From a virus (lineage: Duplodnaviria; Caudoviricetes), in IMG/VR virus record IMGVR_UViG_3300046787_000508, positions 32,001-96,000 of that record: 64,000 nt of DNA, one strand, 5' to 3'. Positions 39,160-47,900 of the stretch are shown piece after piece (positions within the stretch are counted from its first letter, which is position 1; every line of letters starts with the position of its first letter). Position numbers and translations under genes: made by a program. The notes under the pieces are model-generated. The model ran no database searches, was not told the origin of the DNA, and saw nothing but the letters and a program-made list of their open reading frames with translations.

Positions 39160-39603
39160 TTACAGCTCATATTGTAGGTAACTTGTCTCTAAGTCATTAG
39201 ATGACAATATATCTGTCAATTCTGACAAAATACCTCTGATTTTTGGTCTAACATCCACCGAGTATCTCGCTTTAGGATGGTAGTAATGTGCTGGGAATAT
39301 TCTAGAAATAAATACATCGTCGCCTAGCTTTACTTCCAATAAAAAGTGTTCTTCTTTGTTCTCATCCCCATCTTCTGAAACATCAGAACCGTAAAAATAA
39401 TTGGGATTTTCACTCATGTAGTCGGAACTTTTCATTTTCAAATCTTCCGAAATTTCGTCACAAATATTTTTTACTGAGTAGTGCATATCCATCGAACGTC
39501 TCGCTCTTGGATTGTAATCTTTAACATTAAAAAATCGTTGGATAATGATGTTTCCTTCTAATGTTAATAGGAATTCGAATTTTGTAATTTCTTGGTTTTG
39601 CAT
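39160..39603 (-). CDS. Hypothetical protein in the replication block
   Basis: A 147 aa ORF between the helicase and the 5'-3' exonuclease. Confidence 0.7.
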   Translation of the reverse strand: MQNQEITKFEFLLTLEGNIIIQRFFNVKDYNPRARRSMDMHYSVKNICDEISEDLKMKSSDYMSENPNYFYGSDVSEDGDENKEEHFLLEVKLGDDVFISRIFPAHYYHPKARYSVDVRPKIRGILSELTDILSSNDLETSYLQYEL

Positions 39604-39607
39604 TGTG

Positions 39608-40624
39608 TTATTTGATTTTAAATTTAATGTAGCTTTTATTTTTTTCTTTTCTTGTTAATCTAAGGAATGGGTTTAGGAACTTTATCCAAGCGTCGTCTGA
39701 TTTTGGTAACACGTTGAATAGTCCATCCTCCATCATCATTTTCATCGTATTTTTATACGACCGTCCTTCGGGGTCTAAATTTTCATTTATAAGGAGTTCG
39801 ATATTCTCTCTTGCCTCGTCAGTAAGAAAAGGTTTATCCAAACTTACAATACTATTATTTATTTCGAAAAATTCTTCACCTAGAACCCCATGTTTTGTAA
39901 CACCTGTAAGTAATTTGGTAACTAATTTGTTGTTCTTATCCTGTTCAAATAAAATATTAGATTTATCTTTTATTTGTTGCAGTGTAAGTGGTTCCGTTCT
40001 TAGTTCGGGGAAAAGAGACAAAAGACTCTTAACTCCCATACCTCTAATACCTGCAATGTTGTCCGATGCGTCACCACACATCATCTTAACCAACTTTACG
40101 TTTTCAATTAAGAGTTCTTCGTGGTCATAAATAATAGTATCCTTTTGTTTGTATAACTTCCCATGAGATGGGTTGTAGATTTGTGTGTTAGAAGAAACTA
40201 ATTGTGTTAAATCACCATCAGATGAATAAACAATTATTTTTTCTTTCGGTGAGTTTTGAGTGTAATAAGCGATGGCGTCATCGGTCTCACAATACTCATA
40301 TTCACCTTGTCTAACGAATAACTCTTCAAGGTATTGTTTAATACGTTCTCTTTGGTAGTTATAAGAGCTTAATTCTTCTTCGGTTCTTATTCTTGATTTT
40401 CTATTCTCTTTGTAGTGACAATAGAGTTTTTTTCGGGTTTGAGAACCCTCATGACCGTCCCAAAATACTACGATTTTGTCTAACTTATATAATTCAAATG
40501 ATTTTCTAAGGGTATTAATAAAATGGTATAATCCACCAATATGATTTCCTTTATAGAAATAATTCTTAACACCATAGAACCCAATCGTAAGTAAATTGTC
40601 TCCGTCAACAAGTAAAACCGACAT
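39608..40624 (-). CDS. 5'-3' exonuclease/flap endonuclease (PolA N-terminal/T4 RNase H-like)
   Basis: LLVDGDNL, VFWDG, CETDDAIA, SSDGDLTQL and MCGDASDNIAGIRGMG (helix-hairpin-helix). Confidence 0.92.
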   Translation of the reverse strand: MSVLLVDGDNLLTIGFYGVKNYFYKGNHIGGLYHFINTLRKSFELYKLDKIVVFWDGHEGSQTRKKLYCHYKENRKSRIRTEEELSSYNYQRERIKQYLEELFVRQGEYEYCETDDAIAYYTQNSPKEKIIVYSSDGDLTQLVSSNTQIYNPSHGKLYKQKDTIIYDHEELLIENVKLVKMMCGDASDNIAGIRGMGVKSLLSLFPELRTEPLTLQQIKDKSNILFEQDKNNKLVTKLLTGVTKHGVLGEEFFEINNSIVSLDKPFLTDEARENIELLINENLDPEGRSYKNTMKMMMEDGLFNVLPKSDDAWIKFLNPFLRLTRKEKNKSYIKFKIK

Positions 40625-40642
40625 TTAAATTTGTTTTATTAA

Positions 40643-41653
40643 TTACTCTTCTTCTGTTACAACTTTCACATCCGCGATGTCTGCAACACTGACACCTAAT
40701 CTTTCACTAATATAATCTCCTGAGATTTTTTTATAGTCTTCGATTGATTTTTTCTCTTCAACATCATCTCTACCTGGCATAAACCCGTGAGATGTTACCA
40801 AGATACGTCCATCCTCATATCCCAAACCATTTACGTGGTTCTTCATAATTGAGATTTTAGTTCTTGTTGCGATTTTAACTTTTCTCTTATCTTTAGTGAT
40901 TGAGATTTTAGTTGTTCCCGCACCTTTTTGGTTACCGAATAAGAATACTAAAGTTGAGTTTAACCAAATGGCTTCACCACCTTTAGCTTTGATTTTTGGT
41001 TGACCGAATGGATTGTCAGGTAATTCTACCCATGGTTGGTTTACAATTACTAATGTGTTTGTATAATCGTTATCTGTTCTTCTTGAACCTGAAATACGTT
41101 GATTCAGACCCATTCCGATTTTATCCGATAATACGGACGCATTATGTTGTTTACCACCTTTACCATCAAAAGTCATTTTACATGGAACAGAACCCACAGA
41201 ATCCCATAAAAACAACATATCGTGAGGAATGTCACCTTTAGCTTGAGCGTCAAGTAATTCGTTAATGTAATCTGTAATTTGTTCTATGTATTGGAAGTTA
41301 TTGTTGAAAAGGAAAAATCCGTCCCAATCAATTGCTCCTGTTTCTTCGTCAACTACTTGTTCACATTCAAAACCCATTAATTTAGCGTGTGGGAAATCCC
41401 ATTTCTGTTCTGTGATGATAAAGACAGGAAGGATTCCTTTCTTTTGTGCATCAACGGCAGTTTTCACTAATGCTGTGGTCTTACCTGTATCTGAGTGACC
41501 AAGTAACATGTTTATGTGTCCCATTGCAGGACCGGGTAACCCCGTTGCTTCCAAGAAAGCGTTACCTAAATCAAAGAATCTTTCAGCTTTGAAAGACGCT
41601 TCTTTAGAGAACTTTTTCTTTAAGGCAGAAAAGTCATTTTTTTTAATTGCCAT
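40643..41653 (-). CDS. recA: RecA/UvsX-like recombinase
   Basis: Walker A GHSDTGKTT, LWDSVGS Walker B, IVNQPW and KAKGGEA motifs. Confidence 0.88.
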   Translation of the reverse strand: MAIKKNDFSALKKKFSKEASFKAERFFDLGNAFLEATGLPGPAMGHINMLLGHSDTGKTTALVKTAVDAQKKGILPVFIITEQKWDFPHAKLMGFECEQVVDEETGAIDWDGFFLFNNNFQYIEQITDYINELLDAQAKGDIPHDMLFLWDSVGSVPCKMTFDGKGGKQHNASVLSDKIGMGLNQRISGSRRTDNDYTNTLVIVNQPWVELPDNPFGQPKIKAKGGEAIWLNSTLVFLFGNQKGAGTTKISITKDKRKVKIATRTKISIMKNHVNGLGYEDGRILVTSHGFMPGRDDVEEKKSIEDYKKISGDYISERLGVSVADIADVKVVTEEE

Positions 41654-41670
41654 GTTGGTTGTTTTAAAAT

Positions 41671-41697
41671 GGAACCCAAGGTGAATCCAAGGGTTCC
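41671..41697 (-). terminator. Hairpin between the SSB and recombinase genes (weak terminator or RNA element)
   Basis: The minus strand reads GGAACCC-TT-GG-ATTCA-CC-TT-GGGTTCC followed by ATTTT. Confidence 0.45.
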
Positions 41698-41711
41698 TTG
41701 TTGTTTGTTAA

Positions 41712-42575
41712 TTAGAAAGGTAAATCTTCGTCAACTTCCTCGTCGATTTGTGGGTCAACCACAGGTGCCGTAGGTGTTGAAGTTGTAGGTGTTTTAGCTC
41801 CTCCGAAAGTTTCTTCACCTGATGTAGATGAAACATATTTCTTAAGGTCACTATCCCAACGTGGTGCCTCACCTCTTGCCACTAACTCAAGGTAATCTTC
41901 ACTTTTTTGTGAATACACATCAGCCCAAGTCAATTCATCGTTAACCCATGTTTCAGATACAGTTGCATCTGTATGTAATGGACCCATATCTTCAGGGATG
42001 ATTGAGTTAATTGTTGTATATTCTTTTCCTGTTCCCGCTTTACTTAAAGCTAAAGAAAGAATTAAATCACGTCCGTTTTCAGCATTGGTGATATCACCTT
42101 TGTTACGGAAAATAGGGAATACTTTGTCCATGATACCATCACCTTTGTGGTTATGTTTGAATCTCCAAAACTTAACCCCGTCTTGTTCGTTATCACGGTC
42201 AATAACTTTTACGATGTAAAATTTACGAGAACGATAAGTTCTAGCTAATTCTCTATCTGATTCTACACCCGTCATCATTAAACTGTCATAAACTTCGTTT
42301 AATGGTGAACGTTTTCCTTCTTGTTTTGGGTCATATAATTTAACCCATTTACCATCTACTTGTACTTCGTGGAAATACACTTCTTTAAATGGTGATGTAC
42401 CATCTGTAGTTGGTAAAATACGAATACGTCTTTCCTCACCTTTTGAACCTTTAGGTAAAATGGTAGTGAAATAACGTTTTAATCTGTCCTCTTGCGAGAT
42501 TTTTCCTGCGTTGCCACTTGTGGCGTTGTTCTTGTTCTTCTCGTACTGTGCCAGTACTGCATCAAATGTTGACAT
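41712..42575 (-). CDS. Single-stranded DNA-binding protein (T4 gp32-like)
   Basis: RIRILP...FKEVYFH...RKFYIVKVIDR...VKFWRF...DITNAENGRDL; acidic tail EEVDEDLPF. Confidence 0.88.
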   Translation of the reverse strand: MSTFDAVLAQYEKNKNNATSGNAGKISQEDRLKRYFTTILPKGSKGEERRIRILPTTDGTSPFKEVYFHEVQVDGKWVKLYDPKQEGKRSPLNEVYDSLMMTGVESDRELARTYRSRKFYIVKVIDRDNEQDGVKFWRFKHNHKGDGIMDKVFPIFRNKGDITNAENGRDLILSLALSKAGTGKEYTTINSIIPEDMGPLHTDATVSETWVNDELTWADVYSQKSEDYLELVARGEAPRWDSDLKKYVSSTSGEETFGGAKTPTTSTPTAPVVDPQIDEEVDEDLPF

Positions 42576-42621
42576 GTTTTTAAAATTTAAATTAATAGAA
42601 ATATTATACTAAAATATACAT

Positions 42622-42650
42622 AAAAAAACCCGGACTTCAAAATCCGGGTT
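42622..42650 (-). terminator. Intrinsic terminator
   Basis: The minus strand reads AACCCGGA-ttttgaag-TCCGGGTT-TTTTT. Confidence 0.85.
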
Positions 42651-42677
42651 AATCTTTTTTTAATATATTTTTAATCG

Positions 42678-43589
42678 TTATACGAATGGTGTATCAGAAC
42701 TCCATTCTGAACCGTTGTTAACCAAATTGTTATAACCGGCAGCGTCAAAAACAGGGTTAGCTAATGAACCACCTAATAATAATAACTTAGTAGTTGCTGT
42801 GGCTGTTAATGGAGATGTTGGAACCGTTAACGAAGAACCTGTATAGATTGCTGAGTTATCCCAACGGAAGTTAGTTAAATAACCTGACCACCAGTTTGGA
42901 GAACCAGCTTCAGGGTCATCCACACCCATATTTAAGTCAAATCCGGCATTTACTGAATCTGTAATATCTCTATTGTCATTTAATTTAGTTTCAGCTAAAG
43001 TTCCGTCAATAAATAATTTTGTTGTTGTTCCACTTCTACAAATTGCAATGTGTGTCCAAGAACTTCCATCGTTATAACCATCAGGCATCGTACCATTTAA
43101 TGCACCACCATATGGCCAAATATAACATGTTGAACCTTCGATAGAACATCCGATAGTTGCTGTTGTGTTAAAACCTAAAGAGAATACTCTAGGGAAACTA
43201 CTACCACCAACTCCTTTCTTCATGAACCATTCGATTGTAAAATCTCCTGTGCCCGGTAACCAATTTACCAAGTCAGAGTTTAATGCCGTAACATATTGTG
43301 TACTACCATTAAACGTTATTGTCCCTGAGCCTTCAGCTGGTACAGTTGAAGGTATTGGTTCCCAACTAATGATATAATCATTGTGGGTTCCCATAAATGA
43401 ATTTTTAGGTGTTACATCATAACCATATACATTTCTCAACTCGCTAACCATTGAATCGTCAATATGTTGGTTATCGACAAATATACGATAAAGTCCTTGA
43501 GTTGTTGCACCTGTCACTAATTCATTAATATATGAAAGTGATGTTCTTGTTAATGTTGAACCTGTTGTTGCTACTGAGCCTGATATCAT
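42678..43589 (-). CDS. Protein with a C-terminal LamG/concanavalin A-like domain
   Basis: GDFTIEWFMK, WTHIAICRSGTTTKLFIDG and WSGYLTNFRW are LamG-like motifs; distinct ~75 aa N-terminal module. Confidence 0.8.
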   Translation of the reverse strand: MISGSVATTGSTLTRTSLSYINELVTGATTQGLYRIFVDNQHIDDSMVSELRNVYGYDVTPKNSFMGTHNDYIISWEPIPSTVPAEGSGTITFNGSTQYVTALNSDLVNWLPGTGDFTIEWFMKKGVGGSSFPRVFSLGFNTTATIGCSIEGSTCYIWPYGGALNGTMPDGYNDGSSWTHIAICRSGTTTKLFIDGTLAETKLNDNRDITDSVNAGFDLNMGVDDPEAGSPNWWSGYLTNFRWDNSAIYTGSSLTVPTSPLTATATTKLLLLGGSLANPVFDAAGYNNLVNNGSEWSSDTPFV

Positions 43590-43604
43590 TTTTTATTATT
43601 ATTT

Positions 43605-43976
43605 TTATTCTAAAGTTAATAGATAACTTAATTTATTGATTTCTCCCAACATTTCGTCACGAATATTTAATAAATCAGAATCTTTATCTGTTAAGTCTGA
43701 ATTCATCTCTAAAAGTTTTCCTTTGATTGTCTTTATAAAAAGTCCCAATTCTAAGTCAGAAATATTTTGTAGGTTTAAAGTTTTTTCGTTTTCACTCAAA
43801 GAAAATCTACCATACTTACCCATTGCCGTTTCAGTAAAGGTATCGATTAAATCATCAAGTGCCGAATATATTCCACCAAAAGCATTATGTCTTGCATAAC
43901 CTTTGGTTTGCCAATGTAAAATTCTAAATTGTGTTTGTGTTTCTAAAAGAAACTGAACATTAGTACTGAGCTGCAT
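43605..43976 (-). CDS. Ferritin/Dps-like four-helix protein (DUF5856-like)
   Basis: ILHWQTKGYARHNAFGGIYSALDDLIDTFTETAMGKYGR and LLNIRDEML motifs. Confidence 0.7.
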   Translation of the reverse strand: MQLSTNVQFLLETQTQFRILHWQTKGYARHNAFGGIYSALDDLIDTFTETAMGKYGRFSLSENEKTLNLQNISDLELGLFIKTIKGKLLEMNSDLTDKDSDLLNIRDEMLGEINKLSYLLTLE

Positions 43977-44655
43977 TATCTAAGTCTGGGTTAAATGATT
44001 TCATTATTTCGTCCTTACCGTAATTTTCAACGTCATCTTTTGTTAACACATATTCATTTTTACCACTTTGTCTCATCTCACCTTGTTTGTGAGCAAAAAA
44101 TTCTTGTGGTTTTTCATTAAATGGGTATGAATCTAAAGAACGCATGTTAAGTTTTTCTTCAGGAGTTTTTGGTTTTACTTGTTGAATTAATGAACCTAAT
44201 TCATCGATTTTAGCAAGTACAGTATCCATCTCACTTAATTTACCTTCTAATTCAGATAATTTAGAGAATACACTGTCCATCTTTTGGATTGCACCGTTAC
44301 TTTCATCTTTTGACGCGTCCATTTGTTTTTTGATACTTTTAGTCATATTAACTAAATCAGTAATATCAATTTCTTCAGTACTTTCCTCTTCCATACCAGG
44401 TTCCGCCGGTGCACTCATATCTTCACCTGGCATTGGTGGAGCTGGAACATCACCCATAGGTGCTGCGTCTGTTGGTGCTGAACTTGTGTCCAATGCAGGG
44501 TCAGCAGGCATTTCTAATGCGGGGTCCGCAACAGGTGCTTCATCACCCAACGCAGGTTCCTCAAGAGGTGCGTCTTGTTCCATAATCATTGTACTACCAT
44601 ATTTATTGATGGCCTTGTGACGCATCAATTCTTCGTGTAATTTGTTTTCTAACAT
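43960..44655 (-). CDS. Acidic hypothetical protein with an Ala/Pro/Asp-rich linker and coiled coil
   Basis: 231 aa; low-complexity EPALGDEAPVADPA region and a heptad stretch. Confidence 0.7.
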   Translation of the reverse strand: MLENKLHEELMRHKAINKYGSTMIMEQDAPLEEPALGDEAPVADPALEMPADPALDTSSAPTDAAPMGDVPAPPMPGEDMSAPAEPGMEEESTEEIDITDLVNMTKSIKKQMDASKDESNGAIQKMDSVFSKLSELEGKLSEMDTVLAKIDELGSLIQQVKPKTPEEKLNMRSLDSYPFNEKPQEFFAHKQGEMRQSGKNEYVLTKDDVENYGKDEIMKSFNPDLDNAAQY

Positions 44656-44659
44656 AATT

Positions 44660-44863
44660 TTAGTCTTGTAAAAGTTGTCTACCGTCTTCGGTAATGTATT
44701 TTTTATTTATTCTTTCAACGATTCCGTCTTTTGACCTGATTACGTAACATTCTCCGGTTACCATATCACACTCTTCTCTTTCCATTCCGTCGTTAGAAAC
44801 ACTCTTTACGGTTTTAGGTGAAAGGAATTGGTCCATTGTATTGTTTAGTCTATTATTTTCCAT
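44660..44863 (-). CDS. Small hypothetical protein
   Basis: 67 aa; preceded by TATTTATA at 44881-44888. Confidence 0.65.
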   Translation of the reverse strand: MENNRLNNTMDQFLSPKTVKSVSNDGMEREECDMVTGECYVIRSKDGIVERINKKYITEDGRQLLQD

Positions 44864-44905
44864 AATATTGTTTTTATAAGTATAAATATCTGTAACTTAG
44901 TTAAT

Positions 44906-47900
44906 CTACTCGGTCATTTTGAAATATACGATATCTCCATCGAATAATTTCAATTTATCAAGTAATGCTTTGGACATACCAATACCATATCCGTTAATTG
45001 ATGGTCCAACATTGACAGGTCCTTCGTATTTTTTATTTGTTACATTTATGTTAGTATCTAACGTATATCTAATATTTGCCGTTGGGTTAAGGAATTCAGT
45101 TTTTTTGAATTTATCCACAACAAAATCAGGAGTGGCCTTACCAACATTAAACTTAGTAGAATAATACATTTGTTTATTATCCTTTATGTCTGACCACTTT
45201 AATAATATTGGTGTGTCTATTGATTTGTTCAATTTAGAAACATAACTCATATTGATGTCATCGGCAATTGGATAATTCTTACCTCCCATTTGTACTACGT
45301 TAGCTCTTAACCATTCTTCTTTATTAAGTGTGATTAGTTGGACGTATTTTTCACCATCTTTTCCGTTAAATGGAATACCATACTCTTTGTAGTTCGTTTG
45401 ATTAACTAACTCCTCACCTTTTATTGGTGTTTTACTACTGATATCAATCGTAAAGGTTCCTTCTTCATTTTGGATAACTTTCTCAGTACCTTTGGCGTTT
45501 TGAAGTTGTAGATTTTCAGATTTAACTCTTGTTACCGCCTTTTTAACTAACTTATCAAATAACGACCTATACGATGCTAAGAATGAATCCTCAGGATTAG
45601 GTAATGATTGGATTGGTATTCTCGTTCCTTTGAATGAAGTTTCGATATTTCCCGCTCTAATGTTATGACTCACTTCAGTAATCCAGTATGAACCTCTGAA
45701 TAGTGGAATATTTTTTAAGTAGAAATACATGGTCGGTTGTATCATTACGTTACCTAAAGATGTTACATCACAAGTATACGATGATTGTCGATAAATGTCA
45801 AATAGTCCAATATCAATCTGTGCAGTACTTGAACCTGTTTCTTGTTGTCCAAGTCTTTCCATTATCTTAAACGACTCACTTGTATTTTTAATACTACTTT
45901 GGTCTAACTGTACGGATTTAAACATTGACTGATTTTGGTCACCAAAACTCACCTCGAATGCAACAACCTTATTTGCCTTTGAGTAGTCAGTATTAAGAAA
46001 CGCATCATTGGCAACTAATATTGGATTATTATTCGGGTCCCCGACGTTAAAACTGTCGTCTTTATATTTGTATTTCTTATTAATGTCGGATAATTCCAAG
46101 TGTTTTGATGTTGGTCCGATATATTGTAAAATAATTTTTGGTGATGATTCTTGGTAGTCTACTTCCAGAAATGTACCAAATAGACTTTCCGCAACTTTTT
46201 TAGTTGGTGTAATTTTTTTCTTATTCGTAAAGTTTGTTCCGTAGAAATTAACGTAAGCCGGTAACGCTCTCATATCAAATCCCGAATCTTGTATTAATAA
46301 CGACAACGCAGAATATAAATTAATTTTATCGTTTTTCTTATCTACCAAATTAACAAGTCTTTCCATGTCAAGGAAAACTTTATCACCAATGTCTTTGTTC
46401 GCCTTATCTATGAATAAAAATTCTTCCAACAATCCTCTTTGACCAATTGAATTACCGGCAATCCACTTATCATTAAACGATTTAAAATAATTGTAAAGTT
46501 CTAATTTAACAGGGTCGTCATTATAACCGTTAACAATGTTTAACACTTGAGTTCCTTTTTTAACCTCTAATTCTTTTTGTATTTTACTAACAAATCGAGT
46601 TAAAAATAAACTTAACCTATCGTTCATTGTACTAACATTGGTCACGGGGTTAACGGGTCCACTTATTAAATTTACACTTAAATAATTTATAAATGCAGAC
46701 TTTGGTGGGTAAACAAAACTATTGTAATTTACATCTGTTGGATTTAACCTTATGTATTCATTTTTTAAATTCTGAATGTACCCCGCGTAGATGTGGATTA
46801 TCGACCTAAATTGTTTTATGTTATCTTCACTAAGTTCAATGTTATTATTAACAAAGAAGTTTAGGTAGTCTCCACTAATATCTTCACCTAAAAATAATTT
46901 AATATTGTCTAAGTTATCTGTAAGTTGAGATGCGTTGAATTCATTAACTGAAAACGTTTGATTATCAATACCTGTGAAACCACCTAAAACGTAATTGTTT
47001 ATTTCTCTTGGATTACCTAAAGTTAACTTTATTAGGTTTTCGTTTGATAGTAATTCGTTGGTAATGTATTTTAAATTGTTAGTTTGTTCAGTTATTAATA
47101 GAGGTATTAGTTCATTAATATCCGTTGGATTGTTTACACCCTTTTTAACAGAAACGATTTCCTTTAATAAATCTTGGAATTTACTGTACTTAACGTTGTA
47201 TGGTTTGTACGGGATTTCTTCATTAATCTTACCACTTGCAAAGTCCAAGAACGCATCTTCAAATGTGTCTAAAATGTCCGATTTGAAAACGGCAATTAAA
47301 TCTATAATTTTCTTATAGTTAGAACTTATTGAGTATTTGTTAGTTATCGTTTTGTGATATTGTGAATACGTTGGTAACGTTTGACCACTATAGTTAATTG
47401 GTTTTTCACCCATCGGCAACGAATCAATTCCCCATAAAGTTCTGAAGTTATTTTGTTTTTCAAAATCAGATGAATCGTTGTAAAGATATCTTCTACCGTT
47501 ACTTGGTAGTAACGTATAACGTGTATCCGTTTTTGTGAATTTTGAATTGTCAATAAATGTTGTCCATCTCTTACCTCCAGTAATTGGTTGACCTTCTAAT
47601 AAGATGACGTTATTGTTAATTGCCGCACTAAAACTCGTTGCACCTGTAATCAAATTATAGTATGTATATCCATTAACAATTTGGTGAAATACCGATTGGT
47701 AAAATGGACATATTCCGAAATCGTTACTACTTTGTGTTACCGTTTGTCCGTTGTTTAATGTGTATGTTCTTCCTGACATTGCATCAAAAAATAACGGAAC
47801 ATTAATCGTTTCGGTTGTACCACTAATAATGTCAACACCTTCAGTTATAAATTTCTTATATCTGTGATATATTGACCCCCATTTTAAAATTAAATGATAT

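Noticed and set aside
34315-41653. Inteins, group I introns or homing endonucleases in nrdA, nrdB, the helicase or recA
   Set aside because: All four ORFs are continuous and of normal length, with no intein or LAGLIDADG/HNH/GIY-YIG motifs.
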